Shown here: piece after piece, positions 34,709-43,924 of the stretch | How positions within the stretch are numbered: the stretch's first letter is position 1 | Layout of the letters: each line of letters opens with the position of its first letter | Sequence record: OQ221563.1 | Origin: Acinetobacter phage NJ01 | Reading direction: 5' to 3' (one strand) | DNA length: 44,487 bases | The notes under the pieces: model-generated | Databases searched by the model: none | Told to the model about the DNA's origin: nothing | Seen by the model: only the letters and a program-made list of their open reading frames with translations | Made by a program: the position numbers and the translations under genes

Positions 34709-35497
34709 CTACCCCTTGATTAATTTGGACCCAGGAAAACCACCGAAGTCCAGCACCGCAGCTTTAGGATCCGCAAGCCCCTGACCAAAACGAAGATAGC
34801 AGTCGGACAAACAGCCGCCGCATCGGTCCATATCCATCGCAATGACTTCATTACCACGCTCGTCGTAATACTTGATCCCAGGCTTCGCAAGGTTCCACGT
34901 ACACCCGTCCCCGCTGGCGTACTTCCCGTTTAGCGCCCATTCGCACATATTCATGATTTGGCGACGGGGGACGACCTGCCCTTCCATATCCGCGGGGGAG
35001 GATAGCGCAAATGTGATTTGCTTGCCCGGATTGCGCCCGACCTGCGAGTCGATGTAATACTCCTGAACTCGTTTCTGCGTCGGGTCTGGATCTGTCCCGT
35101 TGTCCAGGAACTTCGCGAACGTATCAATGATCTCAACCTTCGCGCCCAGTAGCTGGTCGTGATTCAGCGACAGCCGTGTGATTATGCCGCCGATATCGAC
35201 AATGGTCAGCTGCGGTTCCGCTGCCGTTGTCGTGGAGAAGTTGAGGCCGGACAAATCAAAGGGCCAAAATTCGAACTCCTGCCCGCCGAAGAAGATTGAT
35301 TTAGGTTTTAGCTTATCCTCGTCACCCCCCGCGGCAGCAATATCCTCGGCAGTGTGCGGAATAAAGCAGTAGTGAAAATAGTGATGGCCCGCTCCGATCG
35401 CGCCGTCGCCTGGTTCCACGTCCTGCGCGTCAATATGAATCAGGCGAACGCGGCCCGATGGGTCAAAGCGCGTCGCCTCACGATATAGTTTATTCAT
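34709..35497 (-). CDS. Minor tail protein (lambda gpL-like)
   Basis: N-terminus MNKLYREATRFDPSGRVRLIHID; C-terminal Cys cluster CGGCLSDC (Fe-S), as in gpL. Confidence 0.85.
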   Translation of the reverse strand: MNKLYREATRFDPSGRVRLIHIDAQDVEPGDGAIGAGHHYFHYCFIPHTAEDIAAAGGDEDKLKPKSIFFGGQEFEFWPFDLSGLNFSTTTAAEPQLTIVDIGGIITRLSLNHDQLLGAKVEIIDTFAKFLDNGTDPDPTQKRVQEYYIDSQVGRNPGKQITFALSSPADMEGQVVPRRQIMNMCEWALNGKYASGDGCTWNLAKPGIKYYDERGNEVIAMDMDRCGGCLSDCYLRFGQGLADPKAAVLDFGGFPGSKLIKG

Positions 35498-36126
35498 CTT
35501 ACGAATCCAATGGCTGTTTTCAGGGTGGCGGATACGGTTGCCGTGTAGTGCCCGTTGTCAGTGTACGACAAGCTCGAACGCTCGACCACGAATAAACCTG
35601 TCTCGCCATCCGGCGCGGTGACGATGAACGGTTTTACAAAGTGCCCGCGAAGGAAGTTGTAAACCAGCTTAGGGTTACACCACTTGTCGGTAGTCAGTCC
35701 GACGAATTGCACGGGAAATTGTTTCGTTTCGGCGTTCGGGCCGTCCGCGATGTTCTGACCGTAACCGTTACCGAATTGCAATTCCTCCGACCGGAAAGCC
35801 AACTGCACGTCTCCGCCGCCTTGCAATTGCATGTGCCAGTAGTATGGCCATTCGTTTGATCGAGGGTCGTGCGCTTCGATTAGCTCATATACCGCACCGG
35901 ATTTCGTTGGACCGGCCCAGTTATCTTTCAGTGTAATGACCGTGTTCGAGTTGAACGCCGCAATTTTGCCGGTGTAGTCGTTGCCGTCGATGCGGGCGAA
36001 TACGAGTACCTTCCCGATCTCGCTAAGGAACGCCGTCCCCGCGCCTGTAACGGTCTTACTACCCTTAGTTAATGTGATCGTACCTTGTGACATAAAAAAA
36101 GCCCCCACGATGGATGTGAGGGCCAT
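35494..36126 (-). CDS. Minor tail protein (lambda gpM-like), extended
   Basis: Sits between the L-like and tape-measure genes. Start uncertain (ATG at 36126 or 36093; track M1 at 36153). Confidence 0.6.
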   Translation of the reverse strand: MALTSIVGAFFMSQGTITLTKGSKTVTGAGTAFLSEIGKVLVFARIDGNDYTGKIAAFNSNTVITLKDNWAGPTKSGAVYELIEAHDPRSNEWPYYWHMQLQGGGDVQLAFRSEELQFGNGYGQNIADGPNAETKQFPVQFVGLTTDKWCNPKLVYNFLRGHFVKPFIVTAPDGETGLFVVERSSLSYTDNGHYTATVSATLKTAIGFVR

Positions 36127-36130
36127 TTTA

Positions 36131-38773
36131 TCATCGTTTGTAAAGTACACCACCCGGTTTCGTCGCTTTCACGATCTCAGCCTTCACCGCCTCGGTGATT
36201 TGCTTGCCGAACGCCTGCGCGGTACGGGGGTCCGGCCCGCTGACACTGGTATCCGTTTTACCGGTCCCAGTGTAAACGTTAGTCGTCACGACCATACCAC
36301 CGCCTGCGCCAGACGCGGCAACGCCCAGTTTACCGTCCGGCCCGCGCTTCAGTGGCATGATGGCCTCGGGTCCAGCCTCACCCATCAATCCTGCGCCCTT
36401 AGCGAACGCCTGGACGCCATAACTGAAAAAGGTAGGCTGGCTTACCACTTTACCCGAATAGGCCGCGAGATTGCCTCCTGCGTACGCTCCGCCGTCCGCA
36501 TTCTTAGTGAGGCCCGAGAAGATAGCGCCGAACAATCCGTTTTTTCCGCCGTCGCCACCGAAAGCGCTAACGATGGACTTGAATGCCTGCGATGTAGCCA
36601 GCTTGATTAATTCGCTCAGGATGGACTTAACCATATCCTTTGCGTTCAGCTTGCCAGTCTCGAAAAACTCGTTCATCGTGTCCTGCATAGCGCCGAACGT
36701 GAATTTTGTGAGTGACGTCATCTGCGTATAGCCGTTACCCATTTCATCCACGCTATCCTTAAGCCCACGGCTGAATCCATCCCATAGCGAGGCGTTAGCA
36801 CCGGTCTGTGCTTCCTGCACTTCGCGCAGTTTAGACACCGCCAGATCAATATCGGTATCGCTAGCGCCCACCCGCTTAAGGCGGTCAATCAGCTGCAATT
36901 CTTCACGCAGGTTAGCCGCTTCGCGAGTGGAAAGCGCATAGCCCGCCGCGGTGGCTTTTAGCTCGGCGTTCTGGTTCTTAACGAAGGCGTCGATCTGCGC
37001 GTGCGCCTTGACCTGTTTCTCTTTCGCGTCCAGCAATTTGGCTTCTTCGACGATCTGCTCGCGCACTTCCTTCACGCGTCCGAATTCTGCCATCTGCTGC
37101 TTTTCCGCTGCCGTTAGCGCCCTTTCTTTGCTTGCGGCGATTAACTGCTCATTATCCGCGATCAGCTTGTTTAAGGCCGCTTGAGCGCGTTGCGTGCGGG
37201 TCTGCGCCGATGCGTTGGCTTCGATCTGCTTGCCTGATTCCCGAAGCTGTGCCAGTTCGCTCCGTGCGACTTCCAGCATTTTCATACCGGCATCCACGCG
37301 AACAGCCGCAGCCTTCTTCGGGGCCGGGTCTTTGTAACGCTCGTTTACCTGCTTAACCGCCTCAGCAAGCTCTTTCTCGTCAATAACGCCGCGCTTATTC
37401 AGCAAATTGAGGCGGGCGATCTCGTCTGCGCGCTTCTTAGCGTTGGTGGCGTATTCCTTCTCGAACGCGGCGCGGTCACGGGCGGTGCGGTTGGCCTCCT
37501 CGTTCGCCTTCGCGGATTCGTCCGCGGCGCGGGCGTTGTCTCGCTCTGCGCGGTTACGCAGGGTGAGCGATGCCACTACTTTTTCCTGTGCGACCAGTTC
37601 GCTGTAAAGCATGTTAATACGTGCTTTCTGCGCTTCGGTCATCACTCCACCGGCAGCGTTTACCGCTTTCATCTCGGCATAGTAAGCCGTGGTCATGCGC
37701 TGGAGTGATTCGCGCGCTTTCATCTCGGACTCATTGGAGGACTGCGCGCGGCCCACATCCAGGATGGCATCCCACATCGATTTAGCTGCCGATGTGACGA
37801 CGTTCATAGACCGCTCAAGCGTACCCATGTTCGCCTTGATCTCATTGGTCATGCTGGTGAACGACGCAGCGGCTGTTTTGTTAGCCAACGCAACTGCGTC
37901 TGTCTCACGACCCGCATCGACCAGCGACTGTACCTGCTGGACCTGCGCTTCGTTTACGACGTGATATTTATCCGCCAGTGCGCGCAAGCCGCCTACCGGG
38001 TCGGTTGACAGCTTCGCCACCGCCGCGACCACATCCTCGATCGGCTGGCTGGACACCTTCGCAAAGTCATTCACTACCTTAGCCAATGCGCCGAAGTCAC
38101 CACCCGCTTTCACACCCGCCGCCGCCAGCGCCTGGATTGTGTCACGCGTCTTGCGAAATGACCCTCCCATGCGCTCGGCGTTCTCAGACAGCACAAGGAT
38201 CTGGTTTGCTGTGAGGCCTGAAATATTACCGGACAGCGCCAGCGTCTTATTAAGCGCCGCCACCTGGTTCTCTGCGCGTGTCGTAATTGCCACCCCTACG
38301 CCGAGCGTTGCCGTTAATGCTGAAAGGCCGATCCCTACGGGGCCGAGAAAGCCCGCAACATATCGCAGCGTGTTTCCCAGTCCGCCAAACGCCCCAGTAA
38401 GCTGTGGTAGCTGCTGAAGCATAACGCGGTGGACCGGCATACCCATCTCGAGCGTTACCGCGATATCCTGTAACTGGAATGCGGCGTTCCGCGATGCGAA
38501 TCCCAGGTTTTTGGTCGACATGCCTAATCGGCTGGCTAGCCGCTCCTGTTTCGTCATGCCGTCGGCGGCGCGCTGCGATTCAGTCGCTAACTTTTCCATT
38601 CCGCCCGCGGCGTCGCCAGTAACCTTTTTCGACTTGCCGAGGGTGTCGTTTAATTTTTTGACTTTCTGTTCTGTGTTCTCGGATTTCTGCGCAAATGTAT
38701 CCAGCACAGTATTAGCCGTTTTAATTTGCGCGACGTCCGCCTTGAGCGTGATGCCCGCTGCCTGATCTGCCAT
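36131..38773 (-). CDS. Tail tape measure protein
   Basis: 880 aa, alpha-helical and Ala/Gln/Lys-rich, Gly-rich C-terminus. AAGGGGGA RBS. Confidence 0.9.
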   Translation of the reverse strand: MADQAAGITLKADVAQIKTANTVLDTFAQKSENTEQKVKKLNDTLGKSKKVTGDAAGGMEKLATESQRAADGMTKQERLASRLGMSTKNLGFASRNAAFQLQDIAVTLEMGMPVHRVMLQQLPQLTGAFGGLGNTLRYVAGFLGPVGIGLSALTATLGVGVAITTRAENQVAALNKTLALSGNISGLTANQILVLSENAERMGGSFRKTRDTIQALAAAGVKAGGDFGALAKVVNDFAKVSSQPIEDVVAAVAKLSTDPVGGLRALADKYHVVNEAQVQQVQSLVDAGRETDAVALANKTAAASFTSMTNEIKANMGTLERSMNVVTSAAKSMWDAILDVGRAQSSNESEMKARESLQRMTTAYYAEMKAVNAAGGVMTEAQKARINMLYSELVAQEKVVASLTLRNRAERDNARAADESAKANEEANRTARDRAAFEKEYATNAKKRADEIARLNLLNKRGVIDEKELAEAVKQVNERYKDPAPKKAAAVRVDAGMKMLEVARSELAQLRESGKQIEANASAQTRTQRAQAALNKLIADNEQLIAASKERALTAAEKQQMAEFGRVKEVREQIVEEAKLLDAKEKQVKAHAQIDAFVKNQNAELKATAAGYALSTREAANLREELQLIDRLKRVGASDTDIDLAVSKLREVQEAQTGANASLWDGFSRGLKDSVDEMGNGYTQMTSLTKFTFGAMQDTMNEFFETGKLNAKDMVKSILSELIKLATSQAFKSIVSAFGGDGGKNGLFGAIFSGLTKNADGGAYAGGNLAAYSGKVVSQPTFFSYGVQAFAKGAGLMGEAGPEAIMPLKRGPDGKLGVAASGAGGGMVVTTNVYTGTGKTDTSVSGPDPRTAQAFGKQITEAVKAEIVKATKPGGVLYKR

Positions 38774-38842
38774 TATGCAGTCCCCCTTTTTATGCAGTTG
38801 CCGTCGGTCATTGTATCAGCGAATTTAAAACAAACCTTATTC

Positions 38843-39009
38843 AGTCTCAGACGAGGGGGACCATTGACCCCCGTCTAGTCTGAAAGACTGGGCTTTGTCC
38901 CGCCTGTCCCGATCGGCTAAACCCCGCGGCAGCACTGGCGGGGACGGGGTGCTGTCCCGCTTTGTCCCGCCCAATTCTGTCCCGCTTTTTGTCCCGTTTG
39001 TTTTATGCA
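38843..39009. repeat. Iteron-rich non-coding element, copy B (homologous to 11036-11205): hairpin AGACGAGGGGG..CCCCCGTCT plus TGTCCCGC repeats
   Basis: About 85-90% identical to copy A, including the hairpin, AGTCTGAAAGACTGG and the terminal GTCCCGTTTG(G)TTTTATGCA. Confidence 0.8.
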
Positions 39010-39156
39010 CGAAAATCGAATAGATATTCACATTTTTGGGGTGGGACAGATCGGGACAGCACCCCTGTCCCGCTTTTAATTTATGCAATGAAAGTGAGTA
39101 TATATGCGGTTTAGTGGTGGCGGGACAAAACGGGACGTCCCGCCTGTCCCGCTCCG
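39010..39156. repeat. Extension of copy B: further direct and inverted GTCCCGC/GCGGGAC repeats interspersed with AT-rich segments and TTATGCA motifs
   Basis: GGGACAG at ~39042 and ~39052, TGTCCCGC at 39066, GCGGGACAA at 39119, CGGGACG at 39131, GTCCCGCC at 39137, TGTCCCGC at 39146. AT-rich tttatgcaatgaaagtgagtatatatgc. Confidence 0.75.
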
Positions 39157-39833
39157 TTATGCGGGGTTCTGCCGCGCCATTTCATCCAGCGCAACGCGTT
39201 CCATTAGCTTAATATCTTTAAACGCACGCTGCGCGTTTTCGATGCCGTGCATCTTAAACAGCCATTCCAGTACGCCGTAGTCGATGCCGTATGCGCCACC
39301 GAATCCGGTGCGCCATTGCGTGGAGCAATCTGTGAATACAGCGACTACCTTCGCGTTGTCGGGCCACAGCGCAACCGGCGGGCAAACATCTTCAGGTGTC
39401 GCGCCCCATAAACTCGCGGCTAAATCTTCGGATGGTGGCGGCGGGCCATAAAAGCGCCGCGCCGCCTCAATTAGTTTTTTTCACGCAACCCCATCAGTTC
39501 GAGATAGTACGACGTATGGAACACGCCGAACGCGCGCGGGTAGTTGACCACCAGGCGGCGGACGTTCTCCGCGTTAAATTCGTCCGGCAGATTCCAGCCT
39601 TCTGCGACGTGCATGATGGCCTCGACCATAACATTAAAGCCGTCCGGGTCATTGTCGTCATATTCCGACAACTTGCGCTCAGTATCCTGCATGGTCTGCG
39701 AAAACTCGTCGATCGGACGGTGGCGCACGGTAAACGTCATTTTGCCCGGTTCGTTTTCGCCGGGGCGCGGGATTTCAATCGGTAGCTTAAAAGTCGGCTT
39801 AGGGTCAAGTGTAAAGAGTGGTGCTTTAGCCAT
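39157..39833 (-). CDS. Tail assembly chaperone G-T fusion produced by programmed -1 frameshift at A_AAA_AAC (~39474-39480)
   Basis: The -1 frame is open for ~100 codons from the slippery heptamer to the TAA at ~39157. A GC-rich stem (GGCGGCG...CGCCGCC) starts ~6 nt downstream of the heptamer. Conserved G/G-T position between the major tail and tape-measure genes. Confidence 0.6.
39471..39833 (-). CDS. Tail assembly chaperone (lambda gpG-like)
   Basis: GGAGAAG RBS; ATG at 39833 (MAKAPLFTLDPK...). Ends ...LREKN* with a GAA_AAA_AAC slippery run at the stop. Confidence 0.7.
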   Translation of the reverse strand: MAKAPLFTLDPKPTFKLPIEIPRPGENEPGKMTFTVRHRPIDEFSQTMQDTERKLSEYDDNDPDGFNVMVEAIMHVAEGWNLPDEFNAENVRRLVVNYPRAFGVFHTSYYLELMGLREKN

Positions 39834-39848
39834 TGTAGTCTTCTCCAA

Positions 39849-39876
39849 TAAAAAAAAAAGGGGCCGTACTGGCCCC
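39849..39876 (-). terminator. Intrinsic terminator/attenuator after the major tail protein gene
   Basis: GGGGCC-gtact-GGCCCC with an 11-nt T-run on the minus strand. Confidence 0.7.
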
Positions 39877-39906
39877 ATATTATCACCCGCTATTTAAGCG
39901 ACCAAA

Positions 39907-40632
39907 TTACGACAGCGCTTCGACCAGGTCCTTACGGTAAATAACCATATCGGACTGCATAGTGAGGGTGGACTCCACCGTCTCCACGTTGTTTACTTCA
40001 GCCGATGGAATCTTCTGGAAAGACACCTTAGCCGGGTAAATGCGGATCTCACCTTTGCCGCTTGCCGCTGCCGGGTTAGTGAACTTGATCACAGTGGTTT
40101 TCTGTGTGTCGTCCAGGTCTTCCAGGATTGGGCGGATCGGGTCTTCTTCGTCGTGGGTGAAGGTGTAAGTCTGGACCAGCGGGTTTTTCGTGGTGTTCAG
40201 GCTGATAGCTGTGTTCACCTGCAACGGCTGGAAGGTAGTCGTCTGCTGGTCGCCACCCGACACGGCAACGTTAGTGATAAACGGAAAGTCGATAAAGTTA
40301 GACACCTTCACCACTTCGCCCGGAGTGCCTACCCCAAACGCGCCAGTAGGATATTTGGTCACGTCCGAGGTATCGAAGCGCGCCAGCGTAACGTCGTTGG
40401 TATCCACTTTACCCACGATGAACGCTCGGTTCAGCGCACGGACCCACGGAGTTTTAGTGAACATTACCACATCGCCGACTTGCAGGCCATGAGAAGCCGC
40501 GCAGGTGATAACGCAACCTTGCGTAAGATCAGAGATAGACGCGGCGGCGTTGGTAGCTGCCGTAACAGCGATGCCGCTGCCCAGTACGGACCCAATCTGG
40601 ACGCTGGACCCGTTAGGAAGTTGATAACCCAT
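39907..40632 (-). CDS. Major tail protein
   Basis: 241 aa. Sits upstream of the terminator and the G/G-T chaperone genes; composition typical of siphovirus tail tube proteins. Confidence 0.75.
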   Translation of the reverse strand: MGYQLPNGSSVQIGSVLGSGIAVTAATNAAASISDLTQGCVITCAASHGLQVGDVVMFTKTPWVRALNRAFIVGKVDTNDVTLARFDTSDVTKYPTGAFGVGTPGEVVKVSNFIDFPFITNVAVSGGDQQTTTFQPLQVNTAISLNTTKNPLVQTYTFTHDEEDPIRPILEDLDDTQKTTVIKFTNPAAASGKGEIRIYPAKVSFQKIPSAEVNNVETVESTLTMQSDMVIYRKDLVEALS

Positions 40633-40692
40633 AATGACGCTCCTGTTTAGATATACGGATTAATGATACCGCACGCATAGAATTGCGCCAAA

Positions 40693-41115
40693 TCAGGCGC
40701 AACAGGTGTAGGGGACTGTGACCACGATGCGGGCACGATCAACATCCTCAATCACCGAACTGGTGTATGGCGCGTCCTGAAGCTGGAATGACGCGCCAGT
40801 AATCCTTACGGCCTGCCACTTGTCAGACGTCGCGATGGCGTCCGCCAGCTCACTCGCATACTGTGTGCCAGTTCCCGCAGGAAATACCACGGCGACCTGA
40901 TACACGCCTGCATAGATCCGGCCCTTCTGCTGGAATCCCACAAACTGGGTCGGGGCCGGAAGCAGATATGGTTCCAGGTAGACACCGCTGCCGTTTGCGT
41001 GGTCGCCGCTCACGTTCTCCCAGTTAACCCTAATCGGACGCTGGCTTGTGCTCAGGCTTGCCGATAATTCTTCAACCACGCTGTTAAGCGCTTTGCGGAT
41101 TGCGGTATTGCTCAT
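40693..41115 (-). CDS. Putative tail terminator protein (lambda gpU-like position)
   Basis: 140 aa, immediately upstream of the major tail gene. Confidence 0.45.
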   Translation of the reverse strand: MSNTAIRKALNSVVEELSASLSTSQRPIRVNWENVSGDHANGSGVYLEPYLLPAPTQFVGFQQKGRIYAGVYQVAVVFPAGTGTQYASELADAIATSDKWQAVRITGASFQLQDAPYTSSVIEDVDRARIVVTVPYTCCA

Positions 41116-41708
41116 TATTTCACCTTCGAATTAATTTCTGCCGCTACGACGCGAACAATCCCCGCGGGCGCTTGTTTACTCCATCCATACTCAAGTCGCT
41201 GCGCGTATGGCACATTGTTAGTAAACCAGATCGACCCGTATTCACTCGAATCGTAATGCGCCAGCACTTCACGCCCAGCGGCTAATGTTGCCGTTCCGGC
41301 CTTGTCAACGCGGTCAATAGCGCCGACAGCCGGGCGATCGAACGTAACCTGCCAGTTACCACGGAAGCGCCCCCCGGTGTAATTCTTCGCAGCCCAGCCA
41401 CGCTGGCGGAACGTGACGTTGCCGTTTTTAGTCTTGAATGATACAAGCACACTGGCGTGCTTCTTCTGCCCGCGCTTCAGTTTGCCGCCATTCTTGCGGC
41501 GCTGTGCGGCGTTCACCTTGTTCGCGTGCTGGCGGGCCATTGCATAAGCCTTGTTAATCTTCCACCGTCGAGGGTCGCCCACCGGGGAGATCTCAATAAG
41601 GCGTCCGAGTATTTGCATCCCGTACGCCCGCACCGCCTTATCGTTGTTCTCCTTCGACTTATCCACCCACGTAGCAATAGTGGCGGCGAATGAGTAGACT
41701 TCAGCCAC
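41115..41708 (-). CDS. Putative tail completion / neck protein (lambda gpZ- or HK97 gp10-like position)
   Basis: 197 aa; ATGA overlap with the downstream gene. Confidence 0.45.
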   Translation of the reverse strand: MAEVYSFAATIATWVDKSKENNDKAVRAYGMQILGRLIEISPVGDPRRWKINKAYAMARQHANKVNAAQRRKNGGKLKRGQKKHASVLVSFKTKNGNVTFRQRGWAAKNYTGGRFRGNWQVTFDRPAVGAIDRVDKAGTATLAAGREVLAHYDSSEYGSIWFTNNVPYAQRLEYGWSKQAPAGIVRVVAAEINSKVK

Positions 41709-41709
41709 G

Positions 41710-42063
41710 TTAGCCCCTTAGCTGTAGTTGAAACAGCATGGTAGTGCCAGCCGGTTGCAGTGGGTTAGGGTTGACGACCCGGTAGTCAGTGCCGTCCAGG
41801 TTAACCAGGTCGCCCACCCGCAATTGCTCAACCGCCCGACATAAAAACTTCACATCACCGGCAACGATCCGCGTCCCGTCGATCTCGCTAGGCTTGTACT
41901 CCTCGCGAAGACCGATGACGTCAAACGACGTTGGAGGGATTACCACTTCGTCGCCGTCTACACGGTCAACCGATCCCGGACGCGTAACCTTAACGGTCAT
42001 GCCGAATTTTTTAATCAGCGGATTAACTTTCCGCTTTAATCCTGCGTAATTAAAGCCCGCCAT
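41710..42063 (-). CDS. Putative head-tail joining (head closure) protein
   Basis: 117 aa. ATG at 42063 with GGAGAG RBS (track M1 is GTG). Confidence 0.45.
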   Translation of the reverse strand: MAGFNYAGLKRKVNPLIKKFGMTVKVTRPGSVDRVDGDEVVIPPTSFDVIGLREEYKPSEIDGTRIVAGDVKFLCRAVEQLRVGDLVNLDGTDYRVVNPNPLQPAGTTMLFQLQLRG

Positions 42064-42167
42064 CTTCTTCACTCTCCTGTGCCGGTGGTACTGGTTCTGG
42101 CTCCGGTTGTTCTGATTGCCGTTTAGCGTTGGCGGCGATAATCGCCGCGAGTAATGCAGGATTCATA

Positions 42168-42668
42168 TTACCCCCTGAATACATCGAAATTGCCTGCGGC
42201 GTTGCCGCCCGAATCAACCCAGTGCCCTAACAAGCCATCCCACCACGGAAACGACACCCCGCTACCAATCGACGCCGGGTCGTATTCCATCGTGATCGGG
42301 CCGACCGTTTCGCGGATAGTCTCTTTACCATCGCCGACCGGAGAAATATCGATCTCGTCTGCCACCAACATCGCCAGCCGGTAAACGGCTTGCTCAACGG
42401 CAACGGGGATTGATGCAAAGTCTACGATTTGCCCGACAGGCACTACCGCCACGACTTCGGTTAGCGTGTCGCGCACCGGCTTCCCGTCCGATGGGTAATT
42501 GATGCGGGGCCATGCGTCTATTCCTGTCTGGTCCGCCTGTTCACCGATCCAGTTGATGCCGTTAAGGAAGTCATTAACGATGGTAAGGTGTCGCGTTGCA
42601 TCGCCCAGCGTAATTTCAACGCCTCGCGCAGCGGCATAATCGACAAAGGTTTGCGGGTCGCCATACAT
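42168..42668 (-). CDS. Head-tail connector protein (gp6-like family)
   Basis: MYGDPQTFVDYAAARGVEITLGDATRHLTIVNDFLNGINWIGE resembles the gp6-like connector N-terminus. ATG at 42668 with AGGAG RBS; the longer track start lies inside the capsid-gene terminator hairpin. Confidence 0.55.
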   Translation of the reverse strand: MYGDPQTFVDYAAARGVEITLGDATRHLTIVNDFLNGINWIGEQADQTGIDAWPRINYPSDGKPVRDTLTEVVAVVPVGQIVDFASIPVAVEQAVYRLAMLVADEIDISPVGDGKETIRETVGPITMEYDPASIGSGVSFPWWDGLLGHWVDSGGNAAGNFDVFRG

Positions 42669-42682
42669 TAGATTCACTCCTA

Positions 42683-42708
42683 TAAAAAAGGCGGGCTTAT
42701 GCCCGCCC
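42683..42708 (-). terminator. Intrinsic terminator after the major capsid gene
   Basis: GGCGGGC-ataa-GCCCGCC followed by T6 on the minus strand. Confidence 0.7.
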
Positions 42709-42726
42709 ATTTGGGATGTGCGTCGA

Positions 42727-43827
42727 TTAAGACGCTGTGGTCGCCGTCAGCTTAACCAGTACGCCAGCGGTTTCCTTGATGTGACGGGTAGGCACTGCCT
42801 GCGCGGCCTGGGTCTTACGACGGCCTTTAGTATCGCCATCACCCACCGCGCCAACATCCTGAACGGTTGCCGGTGCGTTGTCTACCTGGCCCTGATCCAG
42901 TTCCCAGTTGTCCTTAGTGGTGATGTCGTCCAGTTTGAACGAGCGCACACCTTCGATCGGGGTGCGAGCGGACGCCTTCAGACGGTAGCCTTTAACAGCC
43001 ACGTTGAAGTCGAACTCGCCCTGCCACCAGCGTTCGATGTTCTCGTTACCGCCTTTTTCCTGCGCCAGCATATCGAGGCCGTTGGTGGTAACTGCAACCG
43101 CGCCAGGGACCAGGCCCAGCATTGTACCCGCGCCCATAGCATCGGCAGCAGCATCGGAGATAATGAAACGACGGCCCAGGCCATCACCCATTACCTGAAG
43201 ATCGCCAATCGCGAATACCTGTTCAGCGGAAGGGAGCGCCTGGTATGCAATGAAGTTTGCCCAGGTAACGCCGTCCATAAACCAGGACTTAATCAAAGAC
43301 GCCTGATCGCCGAACTTAGAAGCCGCCAGCGGGAAGTCAGCCAGGGTCGGGAAGGTACGACCGCCAACACCATCAACGCGCGCCGGTTGGGTGTATACCG
43401 CGTTGTTGTTGCTCTCGATCGCCGCTTTACCCGCACCGATACCCGCTTTTAGGTAATGCAGCATAATCGCTTGCGTGGCCTGTGCCGCAATCTCAGCCGC
43501 AACGCTGTTAACGTTGGTTTCGATCTTAGCCATCATAGCCTTAGTGATTGCCACCGGACCCACTTTCGCGGACAGGTTAACCGAGTTGGTCAGCATACGC
43601 GCCAGCACTTTAGCGGTTGCCGGAGTACCGACAGGGGCGTAGGCGTTACGGTCGGTAACAAGGTTGGCGATCAAGCCTACGGACATTTTTTCTACAACAT
43701 CCTTCAACACTTCACCAGTACCGAGAACAACAGCGCCATTGGCGGCGGCGTTGAATACGTTCAGGTTGTCGGGGATCATTTGCGTAACCGCGGTAACGAG
43801 TTTACGCTGGAACACTGTTAAAGACAT
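42727..43827 (-). CDS. Major capsid protein
   Basis: 366 aa; follows the scaffold gene and a small attenuator hairpin. Confidence 0.8.
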   Translation of the reverse strand: MSLTVFQRKLVTAVTQMIPDNLNVFNAAANGAVVLGTGEVLKDVVEKMSVGLIANLVTDRNAYAPVGTPATAKVLARMLTNSVNLSAKVGPVAITKAMMAKIETNVNSVAAEIAAQATQAIMLHYLKAGIGAGKAAIESNNNAVYTQPARVDGVGGRTFPTLADFPLAASKFGDQASLIKSWFMDGVTWANFIAYQALPSAEQVFAIGDLQVMGDGLGRRFIISDAAADAMGAGTMLGLVPGAVAVTTNGLDMLAQEKGGNENIERWWQGEFDFNVAVKGYRLKASARTPIEGVRSFKLDDITTKDNWELDQGQVDNAPATVQDVGAVGDGDTKGRRKTQAAQAVPTRHIKETAGVLVKLTATTAS

Positions 43828-43924
43828 ATCGAAATCCTTTGAGTTGTGAGCATTCGCCCAGTGACGTTAATGTTACCTTAGATTTACGCGCTCGCAAAAT
43901 TGCCCGCTTTCGCGGGCAATCTGC

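Noticed and set aside
38837-39088. 83-aa minus-strand ORF in iteron copy B
   Set aside because: Artefact of the repeated GTCCCGC units; no RBS; lies in a region homologous to non-coding copy A.
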